Source: Squalus acanthias (taxonomy: Eukaryota). From it: DNA of 64,000 nucleotides. Below are positions 12,641-23,678 of this stretch, one piece after another (position 1 is the stretch's first letter; each line of letters opens with the position of its first letter). The DNA lies in assembly GCA_030390025.1 (NCBI GenBank), contig CM059433.1, positions 28,894,001-28,958,000 on the forward strand, read 5' to 3'. The translations under genes and the position numbers were made by a program. Under the pieces are notes generated by a model, which saw only the letters and a program-made list of their open reading frames with translations, was not told the DNA's origin and ran no database searches.

Positions 12641-13164
12641 GATAATGTTTCATGAATTTTTCAGAGTGAAGGCATACAGAGCAGTTAGAGAGCTGATTAT
12701 GTCCCAGCAGATCCAAGAATACAAGCCTGACTTCTTGTTATTAATAGATGCAAGAAATCAGTCTTTGCATCTACATTGGTTAATGTTCCCTATTGCAAAA
12801 AAGAACAGGGTGTTACAGTGACAACACAATCTTGCCACGGATGTGTCTAAATAAGGTTTGCCCTTGGCATTGTTGCCATGTGAACTGCTCAGTTCTTTTA
12901 TTGCTTCATAACTTGCAGCATCCATTCCCCAGCCTCCAAACGAGTGCACCAGAGAGGAGGTAGAAAGGGGTTGATCCTAGCAGTTCTCTGAAAACGTAAG
13001 TCCAGTACCACACACTAATTTGTTTTCCCTGTCAGGTGTAGAGGTGAAATGTGCTGTGATTGCAGGTGATACCAGCACTCTCATGTTAAACATATAAATT
13101 TTCAGCAATAGCAAAAGGCACTAAGATCCAACAAGCCCACTTCCTACTGATGTTCCCACCATTT

Positions 13165-13458
13165 TTTAAGGTAATTGGCAAAAGAACAGGGGGGGTGGGG
13201 GGGGGGCGGAAATGAGGAGAATTATTTTTACGCTGCGAGTTGTTCTGATCTGGAATGCACTGCCTGCAAGGGAGGTGGAAGCAAATTCAATAATAACTTT
13301 CAAACAGGAATTGGATATATACTTGAAAAGGAAAGATTTACAGGGTTATGGGGAAAGGGCAGGGGAATTAAACTAATTGGAGAGCTCTTTCAAAGAGCTG
13401 GCACAGGCACGATGGGCCGAATGGCCTCCTTCTGTGCTGAATCAATCTACGATTCTAT
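13165..13458 (+). mobile_element. CR1 LINE 3' fragment
   Basis: Reverse-complement family match to 1555-1875. Confidence 0.75.
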
Positions 13459-14202
13459 GGGGGAGAAATTCGGTATCACCCTGTTTGGGGGCGGTAACTT
13501 TTGAAAGCTGGGAAACTTAGCGCCAGGCGCTAATGATTCCCAGCTTTTTCTAAATTCGGTGTTTGCTCTCCAGGAAGGAAGTGGAACACTAACTCAAGTG
13601 CCCCACTTTCTTCCTGGAGCGCTAAAGGACGCAGGCGGGGCGGTAGTGGTGCAGCGCTGCACAATGTCCCGTGCAGTGCTGTCGCGTTCTGAGGCTGCTT
13701 CCCTCCCTTAAAGGGAAGGGCCATCGCTGCAGGCTCTGCATTGGGACCAGTGAGCTGGTCCCCGTCGGCAGCCGCAATCCGGCCCGATCAGCCCCATGCA
13801 CTCAGCAGAGTGCCGGGCTGATCGATCGCGGCCCAGGATAATTGAAGAAAATTGAAAAAAAGCATTTTAGAAATGTTCCTACTTACCTCGGCAAACTCCC
13901 ATTTAACTTCCGCCCCCGAAGCGCCCGGCCTCCCGAACAACGCCTCCTGCAGCTGTCGGTGTTTTCACCCGGCGATGCTGCAGGGGGCGGAACTGAAGTT
14001 CGGGTCCGGGGCGATGTGCACGGCAATGACGTCACAATCTCTGGGCGCAGGAGATCATGGCGCAAAGTGTTACCGCCGCTGCAAAACTCCCAGCCAAGTT
14101 AGCGGGAGTCGTTCATCTTGCCCGGGCAGTAATTCGTTAGCATCCCGTTATCGCCCCCTGGGGGCGCTAATGGGAGGTGCCAACCCACTGAATTTCTCCC
14201 CC
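13459..14202. mobile_element. GC-rich non-autonomous DNA transposon (PIF/Harbinger/ISL2EU-like MITE)
   Basis: TIR GGGGGAGAAATTC(A/G)GT; subterminal regions shared with 26771-27644 and 37743-38638. Confidence 0.75.
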
Positions 14203-14419
14203 AGAGACCCTTACTCTCTCTCTCTGTAGAAATGCATTTAATTATGTCTCGAATCTACTTGCCTCGATTCATTTTGACAATTCCCTTCATAATCTTGAAA
14301 AACTCAATGTTTCCTCTTTTCCAAAGCAAACAAGGCAAACTCCCTTAATATTTGTGCAGTTGTTTCAAGGAGTTCGACGTTCCATGCTAAGAGGCTATAA
14401 TTGGAGAATATACTTTTTC

Positions 14420-15388
14420 TCAGGATAAAGAGTCGGCCATTTAGGACTGAGATGAGGAGAAATGTCTTCGCTCAGAGGGTTATAGGAACTAGAGTAGGCC
14501 ATTCAGCCCCTCGAGCCTGTTGTGCCATTCAGTTAGACCATGACAGATCTGTATCTTAACTCCATCTACCTGCCGTGATTCCATAACACTTAATATCCTT
14601 GCCTAAGAAAAATCCAACAATCTCAGTTTTGACATTTTCAATTGACCCCAAGCCTCAACAGCTTGTGGGGGAGAGATTTCTAGATTTCCACTACCCTTTG
14701 TGTGAAGAAATGCTTTCTGAAATCACCCCTGAACGGTCTAGCTCTAATTTTAGCCTTTATTGCAAGGGGGTTGGAGTATAAGAGTAAGGAAGTCTTGCTG
14801 CAATTATATAGGGCTTTGGTGAGACCACACCAGGATTACTGTGTACAGTTTTGGTCTCCTTACCTGAGGAAGGAGATACTTGCCTTAGTGGGAGTGCAAC
14901 AAAGGTTCACTACATTGATTCCTGGGATGAGAGGGCTGTCCTATGAGGAAAGATTGAGTAGAATGGGCCTATATTCTCTGGAGTTTAGAAGAATGAGAGG
15001 TGATCTCATTGAAACATATAAAATTCTTAGAAGGTTTGACAGGGTAGATGCTGAGAGGCTGTTTCCCCTGGCTGGAGAGTCTAGAACTAGGGGTCATAGT
15101 CTCAGGATAAGGGGTCGGCCATTTAGGACTGAGATGAAGAGAAATTTCTTCACTCAGTGAATTGTGAATCTTTGGAATTCTCTACCCCAGAGGGCTGTGG
15201 ATGCTCAGTCATTGAATATATTCAGGACTGAGAACGATAGATTTCTGGACACTAGTGGAATCAAGGGTTATGGGGATACGGCGGGAAACTTGAGTTGAGG
15301 TAGAAGATCAGCCATAATCTTATTGAATGGCAGAGCAAGCTTGAGGGGCCATATGGCCTACTCCTGCTCCTATTTCTTATGTTCTTAT
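14420..15388 (+). mobile_element. CR1 (HER1-like) 3' fragments, with a minus-strand CR1 piece at about 14482-14750
   Basis: ORF 14702-15160 LAFIARGLEYKSKEVLLQLYRALVRPH...RMRGDLIETYKIL. Confidence 0.85.
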
Positions 15389-15414
15389 TTCACACCACCT
15401 TGCATGTTTTAAGC

Positions 15415-15590
15415 AGGCTCCCCGTCCTTCGTGGGTTTAACGTCTCATCCGAAAGACGGCATCTCCGACAGTGCAGCACTTGCACTGGGAGTGCCAGCTT
15501 GAATTACATGCTCAAGTCTCTGGAGTGGGACTTGAACCCACAACCTTCTGACTCAAAGGCGAGAGGGATACCACTGATCCATGGGTGACA
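15415..15590 (-). mobile_element. Deu-SINE 5' fragment
   Basis: Matches 11930-12090. Confidence 0.65.
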
Positions 15591-16420
15591 CAGATAGAGT
15601 GGCATGTTAAATCATTAGAGTGAAACTTGTGTTCTCCAGCAAGCTCATGCGATTACCGTATCGCTTTTAACTTACTCCCCTGATGCACATTACTCTGTAT
15701 GAAATTCTAACGTACACAAACATTCTAAACTTTGTGAAAGTATTTTTGTGTCTCAGCATTGCTCCGGAATATTAGCACAGTGTCAAATGAGATCCGGTGA
15801 AAACTATTACAAGGATGTCTTCATGATTCGGAGCTCCCAGCAGGGAGCAGCGTTCATAGATAGCTTAGCTTGGGAGATCACAGCCGTGATTTCCTGAGCT
15901 GCGGTTTGTGCCGACGGCACTTCCCACTGGGAACACCGGACTGCTGAATCACTCCTTATACTCTGCTGTGAAATAACTATTACAGATTTAACCAGAATCT
16001 AATTTCTGATGTCGTACAAAAACATCCCATTGGATACATAATTGCGAAGAATTACACTGTTGAATTTCAAATATTAAACAGAACCGAAGGCTGATTCTTT
16101 TTTTCTTAAACTAGAGTCACTTTATAAAATGTTTTTAAACGGTGTTAAACAAATGCGTAATGACTCCCTTTCGTATCCGCGTCATTTTTGACTTCTTAGC
16201 CACTCAACGTCAGAATGGCGAGGTCATCGTCAGAATAAAACTTTTATTCAAATACAGAATGTTTTCCCCTGGATGATATAACAATTTTTCCTACGTGCTC
16301 CTAATTGAACCTGAGAAAATCTTAACATGACAGAAAACTGGTGTATTATGGAAACTGATGGTCACATTCACAAGGTTAAAAACATCCATCACTATTAGTT
16401 ACTATCCTAGATGTCCTTAC

Positions 16421-16537
16421 CTTGGCTTTGTCCCTCATTGATCCTTTGCCCAAGATCGACATTTTTGCGCCCGTTTCTTCTTGTAACCTCTTGAGTGAGT
16501 TTCCTCGTGGTCCGAGCAATTTCCCCACAAAATTGAA
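16421..16537 (-). CDS. KHDRBS2: Internal coding exon (probably exon 3) of STAR-family RNA-binding protein KHDRBS2/SLM-1, KH domain
   Basis: Minus strand: pyrimidine tract ctttttctctcttcatAG, then 117 nt = [39 protein letters not shown], then GTaagg donor; phase 0/0. As recalled, [10 protein letters not shown]...ETGAKMSIL matches SLM-1 rather than Sam68 (KILGPQGNTI...GAKISVL) or SLM-2 (ETLTKMSIL). Too short for the ORF track. Confidence 0.93.
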
Positions 16538-16663
16538 CTATGAAGAGAGAAAAAGTCTGGTTGAAAAGTCTGTTTTCACACAATGAAAGGTCTTCACTTC
16601 AAAACTCAAAGTGATTTGAGCAGCAGCTTACACCATCTGCAAAACTAGTTACATTCACTATAG

Positions 16664-16825
16664 TTTTTCTTTATTTATTCATTCTCGGGATGTGGGCGTC
16701 ACTGGCAAGGCCGGCATTTATTGCCCATCCCTAGTTGTCTTTCAGGATGTGGCGGTGAGCCACCTTCTTGAACCTGCAGTCCGTGCGGTGAAGGTGCTCC
16801 CACAGCGCTGTTAGGTAGGGAGTTC
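16664..16825 (-). mobile_element. 3' fragment of the tRNA-headed LINE family
   Basis: Reverse complement matches 44725-44880. Confidence 0.75.
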
Positions 16826-16899
16826 CGATTGATGTTTACCATTTTACTGCAGTGGGTGGAGCTAATAATATTTCCCATTTTCATTGTCAATCCCCCACC

Positions 16900-17295
16900 C
16901 CCAAGAGAGCGACGCTCAGGCAAGGCTACCTTTCCACATGCTTTGGCTCTCCTCTGGTGCCTTGCTTCGTAGCCATTCTTTATGTGAAGGCCCCCCCATG
17001 ACTGTTGGCAGGCTTTGATCCACCATGGTTTGATCCATCACAGTTGTGGTCAATTTCTTGCCTGGCGCTTAATAAACTTTCCAGCAGAAGTCACTTGGGA
17101 AGCAATTAGATGGTGGAATCTCTGGTTGATTTCCTCTCCCCCTCTCCTTAGCCCAGGGTCACGGAGATCCATTGTAACATCTTAACTGCTTCCCAGACAG
17201 AGACCAGTTAAGTCAACACAGACCAGATATCAAAACGGGGACCTTCTACCTTGGAAATCTCAGTGCTACATCTCTCAGCACATTTACTCACTGAG
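16900..17295 (-). mobile_element. Old tRNA-like SINE (second family)
   Basis: Head GCTCAGTGAGTAAATG..., shares CAGTGACxxxTGCTGGAA segment with 7970-7992; strongly diverged. Confidence 0.45.
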
Positions 17296-17296
17296 C

Positions 17297-19800
17297 ATAG
17301 AAACATAGAATCATGGAAGATAGGAGCAGGAGTAGGCCATTCGGCCCCTCGAGCCTGTTCCGCCATTTAATGAGATCATGGCTGATCATCCAAATTCAGT
17401 ACCCTGTCCCTGCTTTCTCCCCATATCCCTTGATCCCTTTAGCCTTAAGAAATATATCTAACTCCTTCTTGAACATACTTAATGAATTGGCCTCAACTGC
17501 CTTGTGTGGTAGAGAATTCCACAGGTTCACCACTCTCTGGGTGAAGAAATTCCTCCTCATCTCAGTCCTAAATGGCTTACCCCTTATCCTTAGACTGTGA
17601 CCCCTGGTTCTGGACTCCCCCGCCATCGGGAACATCTTTCCTGCATCTAGTCTGTCTAGTCCTGTTAGAATTTTATAAGTTTCAATGAGATCCCCTCTCA
17701 TTCTTCTAAACTCCAGCGAATATAAGCCTAATCGACCCAATCTCTCCTCATACGTCATTCCTGCCATCCCAGGTATCAGTCCGGTGAATCTTCGCTGCAC
17801 TCTCTCCATGGCAAGAACATCCTTCCTCAGATAAGGTGACCAAAACTGCACACAATACTCAAGGTCTGGTCTCACCAACGCCCTGTACAACTGCAGCAAG
17901 ACATCCTTGCTCCTGTACTCGAATCCTCTCACTATGAAGGCCAACATACCATTTGCCTTCTTAACCGCCTGCTGCACCTGCATGCTTACCTTCAGCGACT
18001 GGTGCACAAGGACACCCAGGTCTCGTTGCACTTCCCCTTTTCCCAATCTATTGCCGTTCAGATAATAATCTGTCTTCCTGTTTTTGCCACCGAAGTGGAT
18101 AACCTCGCATTTATCCACATTATACTGCATTTGCCATGCATCTGCCCAATCACCCAACCTGTCCAAATCATACTGGAGTTTCTCTGCATCCTCCTCACAG
18201 CCCACCCAGCTTTGTGTCGTCTGCAAACTTGGAGATATTACATCTAGTTTCCTCGTCTAGATCATTTATATATATTGTGAATAGCTGGGGTCCTAGCACC
18301 GATCCCTGCGGTACCCCACTAGTCACTGCCTGCCACTCAGAAAAAGACCCGTTTATTCCAACTCTTTGCTTTCTGTCTGCCAACCAGTTCTCTATCCAAG
18401 ACAGTACCTTACCCCCAATCCCGTGTGCTTTAACTTTGCACGCTAATCTCTTATGCGGGACCTTATCGAAAGCCTTCTGAAAGTCCAAATACACCACATC
18501 CACTAGTTCTCCCTTATCTATTCTACCAGTTAAATCCTCAAAAAATTCCAGTAGATTAGTCAAGCATGATTTACCTTTTGTAAATCCATGTTGACTTTGT
18601 CCGATCCTGTCACTGTTTTCCAAGTGCTCTGCTATTATATCTTTTATAATGGACTCTAGCATTTTCCCCACTACCGATGTCAGACTTACCGGTCTATAAT
18701 TCCCTGTTTTCTCTCTACCACCTTTTTTAAATAGTGGGGTTACATTAGCTATCCTCCAATCCATGGGAACTGTTCCAGAGTCTATAGAATTTTGGAAGAT
18801 GACCAGCAATGCATCTACTATTTCTAGGGCCACTTCCTTAAGTACCCTAGGATGTAGATTATCAGACCCTGGGGATTTATCGGCCTTCAATCCCGTCAAT
18901 TTCCCTAACACCATTTCCGTACAAATACTGATTTCATTCAATTCCTCCCTCTCATTAGACCCTATGTTCCCCGACATCTCTGGGAGGTTATTTGTGTCCT
19001 CCTTTGTGAAGACAGAACCAAAGTATGTATTGAATTGGTCTGCCATTTCTTTGTTCCCCATTATAAATTTCCCTGATTCTGACTGCAAGGGATCTACGCT
19101 TGACTTCACCAATCGTTTTCTCTTCACATATCTATAGAAGCTTTTACAGTCAGTTTTTATGTTCCCTGCAAGCTTACTCTCATAATCTATTTCCCCCCCT
19201 CTTAATTAATCCCTTTGTCCTCCTTTGCTGAATCCTAAACTGCTCCCAATCCTCAGGTTTGCTGCTTTTTCTGGCCAAATTATATGTCCTCTCCTTGGAT
19301 CTTATGCTATCCCTAATTTCCCTTGTTAGCCACGCTTGAGTCACCTTTTTTGTTTTATTTTTATGCCAAACAGGGATGAACAAATTCTGTAGTTCATCCA
19401 TGCGATCTTTAAATGTTTGCCATTGCCTATCCACCGTCAACCCTTTAAGTAGCGTTCCCCAATCCATCCTAGCCAACTCGTGCCTCATACCATCGTAGTT
19501 TCCTTTATTTAAATTCAGGACCCTAGTCTCTGAGTCAACTACTTCACTCTCCATTTTAATGAAGAATTCTATCATATTATGATCGCTCCTCCCCAAGGGG
19601 CCTCGCACAACAAGATTGCTAATTAATCCTTTCTCATTATATAATACCCAGTCTAAGATGGCCTGATCGCTAGTTGGTTCCTCGACATATTGGTCCAGGA
19701 AACCATCCTGTATACACTCTAGGAATTCCTCCTCCACAGTATTGTTACTAATTTGGTTAGCCCAATCTATATGTAGATTAAAGTCACCCATGATAACTGC
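17297..19800 (-). mobile_element. CR1 (HER1-like) LINE, 2.5-kb 5'-truncated ORF2 pseudogene
   Basis: Three frameshifted ORFs with [42 protein letters not shown]; (ATAGAAAC) tail. Confidence 0.93.
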
Positions 19801-19955
19801 ATTGGGTAACTTGTAAGAGATATCAGTGAGACAGTTTCTGACCCCGTTTTCTTCTGAGAAATATCCAAGTTATATCCGCCCTGATGTTTCAGCCCCTTGC
19901 CTACTGTGGTCAAGAGGTCAGATGTTTGACCTGCTTCCTGGCCTCTACCAGTGAT

Positions 19956-20102
19956 CAAAGTTCCCTCTAAGCTGCACCGGCTTTTCCAATGTGAAATTTT
20001 GTGCATGCGCAAAGCTTTGAATGGTCCGCGCAGCCCATTAAAGGGACCACGCAGCCCATTAAAGGGACCGCGCATCCAAATTTAAAATTAGGGGGAACAT
20101 TG
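19956..20102. mobile_element. hAT-type MITE, 147 bp, 8-bp TSD
   Basis: TIR CAAAGTTCCCTCTAA / TTAGGGGGAACATTG; TSD CCAGTGAT at 19948-19955 and 20103-20110. Confidence 0.85.
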
Positions 20103-20267
20103 CCAGTGATGTTCTGAATTGGCTGCTAGTGTGCATGTGACAGTGACCTGGGGACAACTCTCCCTCTCCCTTTTATTTTTCCTTCCTCAGTGGTAAAGCA
20201 CTTGACTGACATACAATCACCCAACAGTGCAAAAGAATCATTTGAGACATAACGTAGTAAGTGTAAA

Positions 20268-20478
20268 GAAAGAAAGAACTTGGATTTATAGTTTTATCTG
20301 TGATAATGATCAAATATTCTGTTTTTAGTAATGTTGGTTGAAGGGTAAAAATTGGCCAGGACACTGGGAAGAACTCTTCGAAATAGTGCCATGGGATCTT
20401 TTACATCCACCTGAGAGAGCAGACAGGACCTTGGTTTACCGTCTCATCCGAATGACAGTGCAGCACTCCCTCAGTATA
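20268..20478 (-). mobile_element. Deu-SINE remnant with internal deletions
   Basis: Matches segments of 11790-11990. Confidence 0.6.
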
Positions 20479-20486
20479 AATTAAAG

Positions 20487-20589
20487 CCGTCCATTACAAT
20501 CTGGCCAAGTGCCATCCATTACAATCTGGCTGGGTACCGTCCATTACAATCTGGCTGGGTGCTGTCCCATTACAATCTAGCTGGGTGCC
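20487..20589. repeat. Minisatellite, about 25-bp unit x4
   Basis: Repeated CCATTACAATCTGGCTGGGT unit. Confidence 0.85.
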
Positions 20590-21423
20590 CCAGCACCAAT
20601 CTGCGGCCAAGCCCTCACAGGCTCGGGTACCCAGAGGTCACCGGCCACAAGCATCTCAAAGGTCACAACATGAGGAACAGCCGCCTTCCTCTCCTTGGTG
20701 TTGCTGAGCTCTATCTGTCTCTACCTCTCTTTAATGCTGAGTCACAGTACACGTCAAAATGCTGGCAAATGCACCAACAAAGTGTTAAAATTTCCTGGGA
20801 AACATGCCTTCCCCATGAAATACATTTCACATCTACAAAGTTCACTTTCCTCCTTAAAAAATTTCTACCACTGCAAAAATTATGTTTATGCACTTCAATT
20901 TCCCCAGACAATACAACTGATGGAATATTGGGTACAGCTGTGGTAGAGGTCACAAGAAGTTAATGTCCCACTGCACTCCCATTGTAGCTATTCTTTTCTC
21001 AATGTCATACAAGAGGCCATTTGGTTACAGGTTTCCCAAAAATACAACCTGAATTGTGGAATGTAATCCCTTAGTCTTTAATCAGGGCTGTATGCTGTAT
21101 TAGCTGTATGCCGTCCTTTGAATTGTTCGCTTCCTACGGGCCATGTCAGCTATTCTGAAACCATCCATCAGCTTCTCCAAGTTTTGTGGGTTGGCATGTG
21201 TGGATCATTTAAAAGGGAATTGGATAACTATTCTAAAAGGAAGAGTTTTGGATTCAAAATTGGCTCAGAAGTAGGAAGCAAAGGGTTATGGTCCGACGGG
21301 TGTTTTTGTGACTGGAAGGCTGTTTCCAGTGGGGTTCCACAGGGCTCAGTATAAGATCCTTTGCTTTTTGTGATATATATCAATGATTTAGACTTGAATG
21401 TAGGGGGTATGATTAAGAAGTTT

Positions 21424-23135
21424 TGTAGAATTCGCAATATATCGCGATTTTGTTAATAAGGAGAGAACACAGAGTTTCGTTCAAACAGCTTTTATTTCAG
21501 CAGAACGCTGGCAAGTTTAAAGTGGACACAAGCAGCCTGTAAAATGGCCGCCGCACCTCGTGACAGAACATTCTAGACTTTTCAACAGGCAGACAAGATG
21601 GCGTTCCAATAAACATTTGTGCAAGATCGATTAAGATTCAGCACAGTGAAGATAATACACGAGACATTATGGGTTTGCAGTATAAACATAGATACTGGAA
21701 TCGGTCTCCCAGGTACAAAGGAAAGCCATTGTACCGAGTAATCAAGGGCCCATCCAAAAGACATTAATATGTAAAATCCCAACGACTCTACGATGAGAGA
21801 GCCGTTAGCAGGTAGTTATACAGGACACTTGGAAGCCCCAAACCCCTCCAGGGAGAACACCGACCGATTTAACAATGGGAGAAATATTAACAGGTACTCA
21901 GACATTTACGAGTAGCCCCGAAACCCATTAAGAACGGAGATCACCCATACAAGACATTTGGGCGCCAAACCCTAAACAAAAGAAAAGGACATTATAGTTG
22001 GGCGGGAAACGGAAGATTTTGCACTATAATTGCAGGCTCCAAACCGTCCATTCTCTCTCTTGCATTCGCTCTCTTGCTCCTGTGCTTTTATCCGGTCGAT
22101 TCGTAACCTCGTGGCTGCTCCTGTGTACTCGTAGTTGGGCTTCTGCTTGCCTGTTGCCTCTTCTGAAAAGACTGTTGAACTTTCTGATCCGTTCGGATCT
22201 ACCTCGTGTCGCGTAACGAAGACCTATGTTGGTAACTGGCAGCGGAACCGAAGGCCCGAGATGAGATGAGATGAGATGAGATGAGAAGAGAGGAAGACCA
22301 TATCCATCGCCACGGTCAGTAAATCCCGACCGCGCCTGTAGGTCGATTAGCCAAGTTTTCCTCGCCAGGAAGATTTCTCTTTTGAACTTATAACGAAACA
22401 TATTGCATCGACGATAACTGGACTGTGTCCAGGGTAACTGGAACGTGAAAACACATCGTATCGATGATATTGACAACTGTGCTCCAAGAGTACCTGTTAA
22501 GCCAACCAACACAGGTCTTCATCACAGCAGACGGTCCAGCCTGCTAGCCGGAGCAGCAGAAGCAAGTAAACAAGTGGGACCAGGAGATCTCCTGACCGAC
22601 ACGTGGGTGCTGCGGTGAAAAACATCCGATCAGCTATTCGGAATTTCTCCGAGTTATCACGAGTGGTGAGCATGAGTCTCGAGATCCTACGAATCTAGTT
22701 TAGGATAGATATTGATAGGGGAGGGTTTAAGGATTAAGGATATTTGTAATGTGTGCCCCTATTTACTTTGTGCCGTTCGTTCCTCGTTTCCCTAAGATCG
22801 ACTATATAACTGTTTGTAAGATTGTACTGTCATTAATCTGTGCTTATGACATGTATTTCATAATTTTAAGTATCATGCAATAAAGATTTTCCATTTCGTA
22901 CCATTCAAACCAAGTCTACATGAGTTTTATCTCCATTACTGCTCTCGCATCTAAGTCCAGTGTCTAGAACCGTAAGGGAGAGTGATTCGAACCACTCACA
23001 GGTGTGTCTAGTGTTCCCAGACTGGCTGGAGACCAGAACAGGCAACAAGGCCTAGACCCGCACTGACATACAGGCTGCACAGAGCCGCGTGAATCTCACA
23101 GGCTGCGAGACACGCAGGGTCAGGAATCCCTTACA
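21424..23135 (+). mobile_element. Solo LTR (1712 bp), 4-bp TSD
   Basis: TGTA...TACA termini, TSD GTTT at 21420-21423 and 23136-23139, interrupts CR1 RT exactly; TATAAT near 22025 and AATAAA near 22879 suggest + orientation. Confidence 0.8.
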
Positions 23136-23460
23136 GTTTGCAGAGGATACAAAAATTGGCCGTGCGGTGGATAATGAAGAAGAAAGCTGCAGATCGCAGG
23201 AAGATATGAATGGACTGGTCAGGTGGGCAGAACAGTGGCAAATGGAATTCAATCTGGAGAAGTGCGAGGTAATGCATTTGGGGAGGGCTAACAAGGAAAG
23301 GGAATACACAATAAATGGTAGGACACTGATAAGTGCAGAGGGACAGGGGGACCTTGGAGTGCATGTCCACAGATCCCTGAAGGTAGCAGGACAGGTAGAT
23401 AGGTGGTTAAGAAGGCATACGGGATTCTTGCCTTTATTAGCTGAGGCATAGAATATAAGA

Positions 23461-23678
23461 TTGAGAGGTCGCACAACACCAGGTTATAGTCCAACAGTTT
23501 TATTTGAAATCACAAGCTTTCGGAGCTATTCGATTGCTCCTTCCTCAGGTGAAGTAAATTCGGAGCAATCGAATAGCTCCGAAAGCTTGTGATTTCAAAT
23601 AAAACTGTTGGACTATAACCTGGTGTTGTGCGACCTCTCAATTTTGTCCACCCCAGTCTAACACCGGCATCTCCGCAT
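23461..23678. mobile_element. Penelope family A mini fold-back insertion
   Basis: Perfect 80-bp inverted repeat 23461-23540 / 23562-23641; TSD CATAGAATATAAGA at 23447-23460 and 23679-23692. Confidence 0.88.
23510..23552 (-). ncRNA. Minimal hammerhead ribozyme motif
   Basis: Minus strand TCAC-CTGAGGA-A-GGAGC-9nt-GCTCC-GAAA-GCTT-GTGA. Confidence 0.75.

Noticed and set aside
19767..20075. ORF with RGPFNGL peptide repeats
   Set aside because: By-product of a short tandem duplication inside a hAT MITE.
20487..20589. CRISPR-like array
   Set aside because: Units are contiguous tandem repeats without unique spacers; eukaryotic context, no cas genes.
22024..22512. 162-aa ORF as a viral accessory gene
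   Set aside because: No recognisable motif, crosses a (GAGAT)n microsatellite, antisense to the inferred LTR orientation.
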